From a virus: 64,000 nucleotides of DNA. The stretch lies in the IMG/VR virus record IMGVR_UViG_3300048136_000205, positions 2,287-66,286 of that record. The stretch is one strand, 5' to 3'. Shown here piece after piece: positions 47,370 through 57,245 of the stretch (its first letter is position 1; each line of letters starts with the position of its first letter). A program made the translations under genes and the position numbers. The notes beneath the pieces are model-generated. The model saw only the letters and a list, made by a program, of their open reading frames with translations, had not been told where the DNA came from and did not search any database.

Positions 47370-48011
47370 ATGAGAGCAGTTGTAATTGCTATCGGTGGGC
47401 ATGCAAAGTCACAACAGGCAGCCGACCGATGCATCAAGTCAGGGAAACTTCATGGAGTATCTGTCGAAAAGTTTGCGGCAATCACACCTAAGAATGACGT
47501 TTTCAAAATATGTGAGAGATCTGGTATCAGTACTGATAATTTCAATGATGCATATTCTCGACTAGAAAATCAAATCGCATGCTTCCTATCCCACTACAGT
47601 TTGTGGAATACATGCATACATTTAAACGAACCCATTGCAGTATTCGAGCACGACGCAGTGATCACTGCACCTCTACCAACCGTGCTCCCCAACTTCTGTG
47701 GCAACATAGGAGCACCGTCCTACGGCAAATTTAACACACCTTCAACTATTGGGTGGGGTGGACTCGTATCTAAACCATACTTCCCCGGGACACACGCATA
47801 TATAGTTACACCAATGGGTGCCAAGTTTCTTATTAAACGTGCAAGGAAAGAGGCAAACACACCGGACGTCTACTTAAATCTGAGTCGATTCGGTTGGTTA
47901 CAAGAACATTACCCGTACTGTGCATACGCACAAGACGATTTTACCACAGTCCAAAACGAGAGAGGATGTCTGGCAAAACACGGTTTTGACAGCAGTTACG
48001 AGATAATATGA
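47370..48011 (+). CDS. Glycosyltransferase family 25
   Basis: FAAI, IACFLSHYSLW, AVFEHDA, GTHAYIVT. Confidence 0.85.
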   Translation: MRAVVIAIGGHAKSQQAADRCIKSGKLHGVSVEKFAAITPKNDVFKICERSGISTDNFNDAYSRLENQIACFLSHYSLWNTCIHLNEPIAVFEHDAVITAPLPTVLPNFCGNIGAPSYGKFNTPSTIGWGGLVSKPYFPGTHAYIVTPMGAKFLIKRARKEANTPDVYLNLSRFGWLQEHYPYCAYAQDDFTTVQNERGCLAKHGFDSSYEII

Positions 48012-48688
48012 TCACAGTTTGTTGTGTACTGTGGGGAGATAAGTTCTCCGAAGAATACGTACACGTTTTGAAATCATCCGTAGAACGAAATACTACGATA
48101 CCTCACAAGTTTGTGTGTTACAGTGACCGAATTATTTCGGGGGTATCTACTGTTCCACTTCGAGACGGCCTTGAAGGGTGGTGGAACAAACTGCAACTGT
48201 TTGATGGTCGAGTTGACGGACGCATCGTCTACTTTGACTTGGACACTGTGATCACAGGCAACATCGATTGGTTGTTATCGTATAAGGGCAAGTTTGCTGG
48301 TGTGGAAGATCTGGGAGCAATCAACGAGCATCAACAATACCTCAAAGGTAAACTACAGTCTCCTATCATGTCATGGGAGTCGTCGACGATGGATTGGGTG
48401 TGGCACGAGTGGCAGATTAGTAAAGAGAAAGCAATGAAAACTTATCGAGGAGACGGTGAGTATTTGGAAAGCACGATACCTGTCATACAGAGAGTTTTAC
48501 TGCAGAGGGTGTTTCCTCAACAGATAAAATCGTATAAGTATGAGGTGTACCCGAGTAACATTGGGAGTGCATCTATAGTCTGTTTCCACGGACGACCTAG
48601 TATTAAACAGTCTATGACGGAAACAGTAGTAACCCCTAGACAGACATACGAACCACAGATGTGGGTGGGTCGACATTGGAGGAAGTGA
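48008..48688 (+). CDS. GT-A glycosyltransferase
   Basis: CVLWGDKF, WWNKLQLF, YFDLD, GD, VCFHGRP. Confidence 0.8.
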   Translation: MITVCCVLWGDKFSEEYVHVLKSSVERNTTIPHKFVCYSDRIISGVSTVPLRDGLEGWWNKLQLFDGRVDGRIVYFDLDTVITGNIDWLLSYKGKFAGVEDLGAINEHQQYLKGKLQSPIMSWESSTMDWVWHEWQISKEKAMKTYRGDGEYLESTIPVIQRVLLQRVFPQQIKSYKYEVYPSNIGSASIVCFHGRPSIKQSMTETVVTPRQTYEPQMWVGRHWRK

Positions 48689-48689
48689 T

Positions 48690-49151
48690 ATGTTAAGTGG
48701 ATTGATAGGTTCTATTCTTGGATTTGGTAGTTCTGTTGTACCTGCTATCACAGAACACTACAAGTCTAAAAGACAGTGGGAATTTGAACTTAAGAAAATG
48801 GAAAAAATGGCAGAACTCCAAGTTAAGGGGTATGACCATGAAATAAAAAGATTCCAAGAGATGGGTCTTCATGAAGAGCAGAAGGCACTCTTAGAGCACG
48901 ACACGGCGATTTCCAGAGGTGAGGGTTTTATGTCCGCACTGCAGAAGTCGGTGAGACCAGTGATCACGTATGCTTTTTTCATACTGTTCACTACAATAGA
49001 AATTACATTATTACGAGAAGCAGTCAACGACGGCATGTCATTAACGCAAGCATTGAATATCCTATGGGATGATGACACTAAAGCAATCTTTGCGGCAATC
49101 ATATCGTTCTGGTTTGGTTCTCGGGCAATAGAGAAAGCAAGGGACAGATAA
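48690..49151 (+). CDS. 3-TM holin-like protein
   Basis: SVRPVITY ... IISFWFGSR. Confidence 0.7.
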   Translation: MLSGLIGSILGFGSSVVPAITEHYKSKRQWEFELKKMEKMAELQVKGYDHEIKRFQEMGLHEEQKALLEHDTAISRGEGFMSALQKSVRPVITYAFFILFTTIEITLLREAVNDGMSLTQALNILWDDDTKAIFAAIISFWFGSRAIEKARDR

Positions 49152-49369
49152 TGAAGAGTTTGAGAAATAGAATGATTGATGCGACTATCGATCACATGAA
49201 AGGCAAGATCGCACTACACAAGGCAAACGTAGAGGTTTATCTACAGAACCCAGCAGGTATCGGAGAGCATTCCGATGTAATGGAGGCTCTGGAACAAGAG
49301 TTGAAACAGGTTGCTGAATATCAAGATATTTTAGAGGTTGCCTACTCAATAGTTCCAGATAGTGACTAA
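49151..49369 (+). CDS. Conserved T4-like hypothetical protein
   Basis: HKANVEVYLQNPAGIGEHSD. Confidence 0.75.
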   Translation: MKSLRNRMIDATIDHMKGKIALHKANVEVYLQNPAGIGEHSDVMEALEQELKQVAEYQDILEVAYSIVPDSD

Positions 49370-49704
49370 TGTACGAATATGAAGCAACAGTTCGTAGATG
49401 GGTTGATGGTGATACCGTCGACGTTGATATTGATCTTGGGTTTGGTCTTATTTACAGCAACCAGCGCATTCGTCTTTTCGGTATTGATGCTTTTGAGTCT
49501 CGCACACGAGACCTTGAAGAGAAAAAGAAAGGACTTGCCGCAACGGAGTTTGTGAATGAGATCGCACCTGTTGGTACCAAAATAAAACTAAAAACATACA
49601 AGGAAGGTAAGTACGGTCGCATCCTAGGTGAGATATATTTGGATGGTACTAATCTTAACTCCTTACTAACAGAGAAAGGACATGCTGTCAGGTATGAATC
49701 ATAA
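49369..49704 (+). CDS. Thermonuclease (SNase) family nuclease
   Basis: VDGDT, IRLFGIDAFE, GKYGRILG, GHA. Confidence 0.9.
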   Translation: MYEYEATVRRWVDGDTVDVDIDLGFGLIYSNQRIRLFGIDAFESRTRDLEEKKKGLAATEFVNEIAPVGTKIKLKTYKEGKYGRILGEIYLDGTNLNSLLTEKGHAVRYES

Positions 49705-50056
49705 AGCACTAGGATCTCTGGTCGTCTTACTGTTGGCACTATCCAGTTGCGACACCACAGAGAAGAGCATCACCAAGACGCACGATGTTACTGGAGAGTA
49801 CATCGACATTCGAGTTCAAACGTTTCCTACTGAACGTGCTCTAAACAAGTATTTGGAGGACGCAGAATTTAGCAAGCAAGAGGTTGAGGGTCTTGCTCGA
49901 TGGGCACACCCAAAAGGAGATCTGACTAAAGTAAAACGCTGTGATATATACGTAGTAGAACCAAGTGGTGTTAGAGACACCAATCGATTGACTACTTGGG
50001 GGCATGAATTAGCACATTGTATCTACGGATCGTTCCATAAAGAGGGTGAACGATGA
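49694..50056 (+). CDS. Lipoprotein with HExxH motif (paralog of 9742-10122)
   Basis: Lipobox LSSC; WGHELAHCIYGSFH. Confidence 0.75.
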   Translation: MNHKALGSLVVLLLALSSCDTTEKSITKTHDVTGEYIDIRVQTFPTERALNKYLEDAEFSKQEVEGLARWAHPKGDLTKVKRCDIYVVEPSGVRDTNRLTTWGHELAHCIYGSFHKEGER

Positions 50057-50718
50057 AAGAAAGAAGAGTAAATATTTTAGGGAATGGAGATAGTTGGCCT
50101 TTGTTCCAAAGGCATACGGAAGGAGATCTTCTTGTATGTAACATGCCACCTATACACTTTACCTCAAAAGAAGTTTATGCATCATGTATGGTAGATTTCA
50201 AAATGATGGTTGCCTTAGAAAAGGGAGATGTCAATCTAGATGACTATGACTGGGTGCTAGGCACACGTCCACGTCGATGGATGGAAAAGAGCCCAACGTT
50301 CTATCTAAAGTACTCTCAGAACATCAAAGGGTTTCACACTCACGTACCACCATATGCACAACTACCAGGCCATAAACTAGAGGATGCCGCATCTAACTAT
50401 TCATGTGGGCACATGGCAGTGGACTATGCATGTCGTAGTATGAGAGCAACCGAAGTTCATCTCTATGGGTTTGATGCGATGTTCGACATGAACCTTGCAA
50501 GTTACACAGATAATTTTTTAGATGCTAACAGAAGTGCCCTCAATGTCCATAGAATGGCAAGCAACTGGAGACCAATCTGGTCACATTTCTTCAGAGAGTT
50601 CCCAGATGTTCAGTTTGTCATACATCATGTACACTCTGATATTAAACTAATACTTGCAGAAAATGCTAGAGTCGAAGTGGGGACTATCGATGAACCTGAA
50701 AGTAACCAAGATACTTGA
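50053..50718 (+). CDS. Sialyltransferase/MptE-like (GT29/Maf-like) protein
   Basis: ILGNGDS, VCN, SCG..A, VHLYGFD. Confidence 0.6.
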   Translation: MKERRVNILGNGDSWPLFQRHTEGDLLVCNMPPIHFTSKEVYASCMVDFKMMVALEKGDVNLDDYDWVLGTRPRRWMEKSPTFYLKYSQNIKGFHTHVPPYAQLPGHKLEDAASNYSCGHMAVDYACRSMRATEVHLYGFDAMFDMNLASYTDNFLDANRSALNVHRMASNWRPIWSHFFREFPDVQFVIHHVHSDIKLILAENARVEVGTIDEPESNQDT

Positions 50719-50831
50719 GTACACATCCGATTTTATTAAGTACACCGGAGTCGATTTTAAAAACTGTTGGAGAGACTATCCCAACGTTTTAATCTGGTGT
50801 GGTGTCGTTGGACTCATACTATACTTCATAT

Positions 50832-50865
50832 AAAAGAAAGGGGACTTGCGTCCCCTTCTTTTTTT
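50832..50865. terminator. Bidirectional terminator
   Basis: A-rich, AGGGGAC-TTGC-GTCCCCT, T tract; lies between convergent units. Confidence 0.8.
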
Positions 50866-50888
50866 CACTGTCGGGTAAGTTCCTTCCG

Positions 50889-51734
50889 TTAGTAAACGGA
50901 AAACATACGTGCCATAATGTCAAACTCTTCTGGGGAACCACCTTGACGGGCAAATCCGTGATCCCATGAAACACGAGTACTAAAAGCAGACTGTACTTCT
51001 GCTAGTGAAGATTTTTCTTCACCGTTCTGCCACTTAACTGAAGATGGAGCACCGTAGTATAGGTCAACCATCTCAAAGTCTTCTGTACACATCGGTGCGA
51101 ACACACTACGAACTAGGTCTTCTTCAAAACCAACGTCTGGAGTGCTCATTGGTACACCTAGGAATACAACTGCATCGAATGGTTCACCGGAGTGCTCCAT
51201 ATCAAAAGATTGATTGCCGTGCTTGTATTGAGTGCCACTAGCAGATAAAGGCAGATTACATGCAGAGTATACTTGATGCATAACACCTAGGTGCTTGCTC
51301 TCTGGTGGACGTGCTACAGTAAAAGAACCTTCATAACCTAAAGCGTTCATTACTGCTGGTATGAACTGAACAACTACGTTTAGATCTGGAAACGTTTGAA
51401 ATTGTTCACGTTCTTCTGGCAGGACATCGACCATGCGGCCAGCAAACCTGTCCAGAATCCAAGATGTTTGGTGGTCATTAAAGTGACCTACAAAAAGAAT
51501 ATTCTTGTATCCACGTGACTTAAGTGCGTTTGCAAACATTGGTGCACGTGAGACTGCTTCTTCAACAACGTCGACTTCACCGTTCCATGTGCGTAGATAT
51601 TTACCTTGATTGGTAGTTTTATCTTTAATGAGTCCATGTATGTCACTGACAAACGATTCTTTAGTAGTGCTGGATACGTATTTTTGAGTTGAACTATTCG
51701 ACTGAATAGATTCTAGTTTTGAATTGTAAAACAT
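50889..51734 (-). CDS. Hypothetical protein (possible degenerate Rossmann fold)
   Basis: 281 aa; NILFVG, FDAVVFLG. Confidence 0.7.
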   Translation of the reverse strand: MFYNSKLESIQSNSSTQKYVSSTTKESFVSDIHGLIKDKTTNQGKYLRTWNGEVDVVEEAVSRAPMFANALKSRGYKNILFVGHFNDHQTSWILDRFAGRMVDVLPEEREQFQTFPDLNVVVQFIPAVMNALGYEGSFTVARPPESKHLGVMHQVYSACNLPLSASGTQYKHGNQSFDMEHSGEPFDAVVFLGVPMSTPDVGFEEDLVRSVFAPMCTEDFEMVDLYYGAPSSVKWQNGEEKSSLAEVQSAFSTRVSWDHGFARQGGSPEEFDIMARMFSVY

Positions 51735-51737
51735 TGG

Positions 51738-51992
51738 TTAGGATCCCTTATAGATGTTTTGGATATATGTTTCAAACTCTTCAATTTTATCCAACCGATT
51801 CGGCCACAAAATGTACTCTTTCTCAGGATTTTTCTTGAGATTAGTCAACAGTGGTTGAATCGCATTGTATAAATTGTCGAGTCGATCTTGAGTTTCGTCC
51901 ACAGTTGATGCAATCGTCTCTAGTTGCTGTGCGGCCTCTAGTTCTGATTCATCAACAGCAGTAAACCCAAAATCAAATAAATCTGTAGTCAT
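51738..51992 (-). CDS. Conserved T4-like hypothetical protein
   Basis: FDFGFTAVDE...NLKKNPEKEYILWPNR; TATAAATA on minus strand at 51998-52005. Confidence 0.8.
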   Translation of the reverse strand: MTTDLFDFGFTAVDESELEAAQQLETIASTVDETQDRLDNLYNAIQPLLTNLKKNPEKEYILWPNRLDKIEEFETYIQNIYKGS

Positions 51993-52042
51993 ATGGTTAT
52001 TTATACCTAAATAATTTTGTACATCAACGAGAAGGAAAAAAT

Positions 52043-52480
52043 ATGCTAGATTTAGCAAACATGAGCAACCATGTTGATCATCTTAATGAGACATGGAAGT
52101 ATCTATACGATAACGATCAGTACGGATCAGACACATGGCATATCATAAAAGAACCACCATACGAAGGTGACTGTGAGGATTACGCATTGACTCTTCTGTG
52201 GTTGATGAGTGGCAAGTCGATGGTCAACTTCTGGATCAATATCATTACCATGCAAGCACAATTGCGTAGAGTCATCACCCCAAAGGGTAGAGGGCATGTA
52301 GTGCTTCGGATAGGTAATTTATACATTGATAACTGGACTCGTGAATTTGTAACATGGGATGAGATGGAGTCAAAATGTGGTCACAAAAAGTATCTTTGGA
52401 TGTACGATCCGATTCTTGTTGTTTTCAAAATGTTTACATCGACACTGAAAAAAAAATCCAAAAAAGATTTGACGGACTGA
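52043..52480 (+). CDS. Transglutaminase-like cysteine peptidase (C93/LapG-like)
   Basis: GDCEDYA, GHVVL, YIDN Cys-His-Asp triad. Confidence 0.8.
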   Translation: MLDLANMSNHVDHLNETWKYLYDNDQYGSDTWHIIKEPPYEGDCEDYALTLLWLMSGKSMVNFWINIITMQAQLRRVITPKGRGHVVLRIGNLYIDNWTREFVTWDEMESKCGHKKYLWMYDPILVVFKMFTSTLKKKSKKDLTD

Positions 52481-52524
52481 AAATGATGTGATACAATATG
52501 TTCAACAAATCGGGGATATAGTAT

Positions 52525-53091
52525 ATGAATATTTTTGTACTCAATAAAGATCCAGTCATCGCTGCACAAGAACAATGTGACACGCACGTAGTCAAGATGA
52601 TTGTCGAATCTGCACAGATGCTGTCAACAGCACACCGAATGCTTGACGGTCAAGTATACCGTAAACCATCCAAGTCTGGCAAGACCATGATCAAATATTA
52701 TGATCATCCCACCCTAGACGACAAACTATACAAAGCAGTCCACCACGGACACCCGTGTACCGTCTGGACGATGGAATCGATCTGCAACTATATCTGGCAC
52801 TACCGACACTTCATTGCACTCTGTGATGAGTATACTTATCGATATGGCAAGAAGCACTTGACAGACACACTCCTACGTGATATATTACAGGTTCCACCTA
52901 TGGGTATTCCCCATGTTGAACGCACACCGTTCAAACTTGCGATGGGTTCTAACCCTGAGTGTATGCTAGAGTGTCCAGTCGAGTCGTATCGTGCATTCTA
53001 TCAGACCAAGCAAGATCGTTTTAATATGGTGTGGACTAGTCGTCCTGTCCCATCATGGTTTGAGGTAAAGAATGAAAGAAGTAGTGCTTAA
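52525..53091 (+). CDS. Pyrimidine dimer DNA glycosylase-like protein
   Basis: MNIFVL, HVVKMIVESAQML, HPCTVW, EYTYRYGKKH, YRAFY; promoter TTGACG-N17-TACAAT at 52469. Confidence 0.8.
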   Translation: MNIFVLNKDPVIAAQEQCDTHVVKMIVESAQMLSTAHRMLDGQVYRKPSKSGKTMIKYYDHPTLDDKLYKAVHHGHPCTVWTMESICNYIWHYRHFIALCDEYTYRYGKKHLTDTLLRDILQVPPMGIPHVERTPFKLAMGSNPECMLECPVESYRAFYQTKQDRFNMVWTSRPVPSWFEVKNERSSA

Positions 53092-53235
53092 GATCATCAA
53101 GGAAGAGATCAACGAGAAGATGGATCAAATCCGAAACCTACCCGTTGACAATACTGCACCTAATACCAAGTTGCATTTCCTAACAGCAGAGTTGGGTGCG
53201 ATGCAACAGATATTGCGTCGGATGGAGAAAGAGTT

Positions 53236-53571
53236 ATGATACACGGTTCTATGACATACACCCCAAGTGGTCGTAAGATCAAAAAAGTGAAGCCTAAAGG
53301 AGAAGTTTATGGGAAGTACCAACCGCCTGCGTTCCGTCCAATCGAGTCAACGAAATCGACGCGCATCCTTTCATATGCAGAACAACGATGCGCGGAGTCA
53401 GTCCAATACCCCAGTCGGTCAGACTTCACGGCACCGGACTCATGTTCTAAACCAGAACGAAAAGAGTACACCGGAACTCTTGTAAAGGGTATCGGCACAA
53501 TGCACAAGTCGAATGCCATTCCGGTGATCGACGAACAACAGATGAAAGACCTTGCTTCTATGCGGAGGTGA
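53236..53571 (+). CDS. Conserved T4-like hypothetical protein
   Basis: YTGTLVKGIGTMHKSNAIPV. Confidence 0.75.
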   Translation: MIHGSMTYTPSGRKIKKVKPKGEVYGKYQPPAFRPIESTKSTRILSYAEQRCAESVQYPSRSDFTAPDSCSKPERKEYTGTLVKGIGTMHKSNAIPVIDEQQMKDLASMRR

Positions 53572-53573
53572 TC

Positions 53574-53975
53574 ATGATTAATTTATATTTCCACGGCCGA
53601 GTCAAGAATCGTAAACGATATGAAGAGTTTGCCTGTAACGTAGTTAATGAGTTGTTACCACGTCCATTTAAACGTGAGATTGAAGTGCTTGTCCACTTCA
53701 CTAAAAACATTGTGGAAATGGGGCTGTGTCATCTAGAAGATACTAACTACGTTGCCATTCAGATTAATACCAATCAAAGTGCTGGTGAGATTGCGCAGAC
53801 TCTTGCTCACGAACTAGTTCATGCAAAGCAGTTCATTCGCAAAGAATTGAATGGTGAGATGACTCGATGGAAGAAGGATCACATCCCTGAAGACGTGATG
53901 ATCCCTTATCGCAATCAACCTTGGGAAATTGAGGCATATGCGACTGAGGGGCAATTAACCGAAACTTATTGGTAA
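53574..53975 (+). CDS. HExxH metallopeptidase-like protein
   Basis: TLAHELVHAKQ ... YRNQPWEIEAY. Confidence 0.8.
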   Translation: MINLYFHGRVKNRKRYEEFACNVVNELLPRPFKREIEVLVHFTKNIVEMGLCHLEDTNYVAIQINTNQSAGEIAQTLAHELVHAKQFIRKELNGEMTRWKKDHIPEDVMIPYRNQPWEIEAYATEGQLTETYW

Positions 53976-54032
53976 TATTACCATAAAAAACTTTTAAAAA
54001 GGTGTTGACTTCTTTTCCAGATTTGATATAAT
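53970..54032 (+). promoter_or_regulatory. Early promoter cassette
   Basis: Perfect palindrome TGGTAATATTACCA, A-tracts, TTGACT-N16-TATAAT. Confidence 0.75.
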
Positions 54033-54057
54033 GGTTACATCAAATGAGGAGAGACAT

Positions 54058-54360
54058 ATGATGAAATTTGAAAATACTGCTGAGATTGGTGACCTGATTC
54101 GTGCTTACGATTTTGAACCAATGACCGATCGTCCTGACACTTATATCACTGGTTGGGTCGAAGCAAAGGGTCCGATCTTTGTCGAGATTGAAGAAGGTCG
54201 TGAAGTCTATATCTGCGATGGTTACACTATTCACTGTCAGTATGACACCGATGGTGCTCGTGAAGGTATCAAGGTTCATGTACCGTTCGAAACTTCGATG
54301 CGTGACTTTGATAACCGCATTGTGAATTTGACTACTAAACTTTTTGGAAAGGTTGCGTAA
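54058..54360 (+). CDS. Early hypothetical protein
   Basis: GAGGAG RBS; IGDLIRAYDF. Confidence 0.75.
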   Translation: MMKFENTAEIGDLIRAYDFEPMTDRPDTYITGWVEAKGPIFVEIEEGREVYICDGYTIHCQYDTDGAREGIKVHVPFETSMRDFDNRIVNLTTKLFGKVA

Positions 54361-54501
54361 TGATGATTAAGTTGAAACCCTCAAGTCCTCAACGAGTTGC
54401 CGAAGTTGTTTTTGGCAACGCGGTCCTCTGGATGTTCGTTTACACTGCGATGCAACTCTCTGCTGGTCATCCTGTTGAACCCTACGTCTACTAAGGAATT
54501 T

Positions 54502-54969
54502 ATGATGAGTGCTACATTTGAAAGAATCTGGGAGGAGTTGGTTCCTCGTGAAGGTAAGTGCGACACTGTTGGTGGTGAAATGGTCCGTGCGGCAGGTCGT
54601 CTGCGTTATGACTTCTACAACAACGGCATGGGTAACAACACGTCCGGTGCGTTGAAGTTCTTGCGTGAGAAGAGTGCGATCGACAAGGAGTTGTTCGAGT
54701 ACGTTCTGCCCTACACGACAGGTCGTCTGTACAAGGGTAACTACGATAACGATCTGTTCCACGTTGCAATTGATCGCATCGTCGAGATGACTACCAAGAT
54801 GGTAACCTTCAATCCTCAGTTGATGACGATGGAGAACAAAGAAGACATGTTCGACTACTCCGATGAGGATCTCGATGAGACGTGCCCAGAGTGTGGGGGA
54901 ATAGGCTACGACGATTATGCGGCCGAAGATTGTTACATGTGTGACGGTTCCGGATTCGTTGATCAATAG
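54502..54969 (+). CDS. Early protein with C-terminal DnaJ-type zinc ribbon
   Basis: LVPREGKCDT.GEMVRA...YDFYNNG; CPECGGIG...CYMCDGSG. Confidence 0.75.
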   Translation: MMSATFERIWEELVPREGKCDTVGGEMVRAAGRLRYDFYNNGMGNNTSGALKFLREKSAIDKELFEYVLPYTTGRLYKGNYDNDLFHVAIDRIVEMTTKMVTFNPQLMTMENKEDMFDYSDEDLDETCPECGGIGYDDYAAEDCYMCDGSGFVDQ

Positions 54970-55232
54970 TTTAAGAGGGGAGTCGGTCTTTCGAAGATTC
55001 CGACTGACAGGTAAGTGGACTGCTCCCCTATTTTTATTTTACATTCAATAGGAGATTGATATGCGAGAAAGTGAAAGAAAGTTGAACGAGTCATTCGATA
55101 GAGTAGAAGCGGCATTTGATCGATGGGATGCGGCTGCTGATCGGTTCGAACGTAGGTTAAAGATGATGCCGTTTCTAGTCATAGTAGCTTTTATTATCCC
55201 GACCCTTGTGATGGAATATTTGTTCTAGTCTT

Positions 55233-56318
55233 ATGAAAACGTCTCAAGTACGGACAGACAGCATTACTGACGAAATCAGTCGAGCATTCGACTACGAATT
55301 CACGGGAGTGTCTACCTTTGAACCTATCGAGATCCCCACCATAGATCGAGTATCAACGATCGGAGATGAGTGGGGCATCGGTCTTATTGTAGGTCCATCG
55401 GGTACGGGTAAGTCTATCCTACTGAGTGAGTTCGGGACTGAGACCCCAGGGGAGTGGAATCCGGACGTGGCAGTTTGCTCTCACTTCGAGGATGCAGAAG
55501 ATGCAGAAGACCGACTCTCTGCGGTTGGGTTCAACTCGATTCCGTCATGGTTGAAACCATATCACGTTCTATCCAATGGTGAGAAATTTCGGGCAGACCT
55601 CGCACGTCAGTTGAGTGATGGTGCAGTAATCGATGAGTACACCTCAGTCGTCGATCGAAATGTTGCTCGATCCTGTTCGGTTGCTATCAACAAGTACGTC
55701 AAACGGAAGGGACTTAAGAACCTTGTATTCGCATCGTGCCACTACGATATTATCGAATGGTTGGAACCCGATTGGATCTTCGACACTGATACGAAGACTT
55801 GCGAAGATCGGAGGTTACTTCGGCGACCCGACATCGAGGTGGAGGTCTTACCTTGCGGGGTCGAGGCGTGGTCAATGTTCCGTGAACATCACTATCTCAC
55901 AGGAGACATCAATTCGGGTGCACACTGCTGGATCGCAATCTGGAACGGCAGACCTATCGGATTTTCTAGTGTAATCTCGATGCCCAGTGGGTCACTTAAA
56001 CGTGCTTGGAGAGAGCACCGGACAGTGGTGCTTCCAGACTTCCAAGGGTTGGGTGTTGGGGTGAGACTGTCAGAGTCGATCGGTGAGATCCTTCTGTCTC
56101 AGGGTAAAAGGTACTTCAGCAAGGTTGCGCATCCTAAACTGGGTGCGTACCGAGAAGCATCTCCCAAGTGGAGAGCAACATCAAAAAACAAGATCGGTGG
56201 TCGCAATGACTACATTAAGAGAATCGAGCAGGGTGTCGGCTTCGGAGGATTCAGTGAGGATCTCATGTTGAAACATGCAGAGAGAGATTGTTTTTCTCAC
56301 GAATATATCGGATTGTGA
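55233..56318 (+). CDS. ABC-type ATPase fused to a GNAT (Mom-like) acetyltransferase
   Basis: GPSGTGKS, LSNGEKFR, AVIDE, SCH; EHHYL; VVLPDFQGLGVG acetyl-CoA motif. Confidence 0.85.
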   Translation: MKTSQVRTDSITDEISRAFDYEFTGVSTFEPIEIPTIDRVSTIGDEWGIGLIVGPSGTGKSILLSEFGTETPGEWNPDVAVCSHFEDAEDAEDRLSAVGFNSIPSWLKPYHVLSNGEKFRADLARQLSDGAVIDEYTSVVDRNVARSCSVAINKYVKRKGLKNLVFASCHYDIIEWLEPDWIFDTDTKTCEDRRLLRRPDIEVEVLPCGVEAWSMFREHHYLTGDINSGAHCWIAIWNGRPIGFSSVISMPSGSLKRAWREHRTVVLPDFQGLGVGVRLSESIGEILLSQGKRYFSKVAHPKLGAYREASPKWRATSKNKIGGRNDYIKRIEQGVGFGGFSEDLMLKHAERDCFSHEYIGL

Positions 56319-56394
56319 CAAATTACCAAAAATAGTTCTTGCGTATTTTCGAAACATATGAGATAATGTCTGTGTTGAGTGAGTGGAGAGAGTT

Positions 56395-57237
56395 ATGGAA
56401 AATCTGAAAAATCGTGCGGTTCAAATCAACTCTGGTGGGACAACCCGCCTTGGTGAGGTCATTGGTGATCGTGGTGAACAGGTTGCTGTTTGGTTCCCAC
56501 CAATCCATAGTGCGGATGATTCTGAGGTCAAGTACTTCGCGAAGTGGAGACTGCTCACGAGTGAGTATTATTTCGGTGATGTCCCTAGTGCGATGGGTGT
56601 CTACCTGATTGCGAAACCAATTGTTGAGGAGTGTGCGTAATGGAAAAGTTCATGTTAGAAGTTGAGTTGGAAGCCCTGCTAAAAGATGCGGGTACTGACC
56701 ATCCCTTTGCTCGTGAGATCGGGTGCCGCATTGCGGAGATCAAGAACCTCTTGTCTCCCAAGCCTGTTCCCCAGATTGAGGAACAGATGAAGTTGGAACT
56801 GGTTGTTCCAATGACCTTTGATGAATTGTTTGGAGTTGCGTAATGTTAAGTCGTGATGAGTTGTTAGAACCTGTATTGGAGGCTGTCGAGTTTTATGGTG
56901 GTGGTGCCACTACTAATCAAGTCGGCGAGTACCTTCGTAAAAATTTACCTTACCAAGAAGATGGTTATCAGTTCCGTTGGGCTCAACAAGAGTTGAAAAA
57001 ACGTGGACTATTACTTCCCCCATTAAAGCGTGGTGGTGAATGGAGGCTTGCGTAATGTTTAAAATGCCTGAATATGTTTGGCGTAACTACTTGGTTGAGT
57101 TTACCTATTATGGTAAGCGAGTAGTTCAAGAACTTCGGTACCACGACGTGGTCGATGAAATACGACCAGTCGGTTCAACGGTGACGGTTAACGTCAACAA
57201 GCAGAAACGAATCGGTATCATTCACGGTATCGCATAA
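56395..57237 (+). other. Run of four small early hypothetical ORFs (56395-56640, 56640-56843, 56843-57055, 57055-57237)
   Basis: TAATG-coupled ORFs behind promoter at 56314-56367. Confidence 0.65.
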
Positions 57238-57245
57238 GGAGACCT

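Noticed and set aside
54367-54966. Long minus-strand ORFs here and at 15312-15977 and 32781-33317
   Set aside because: Antisense shadows of well-supported plus-strand genes, with no RBS or protein motifs.
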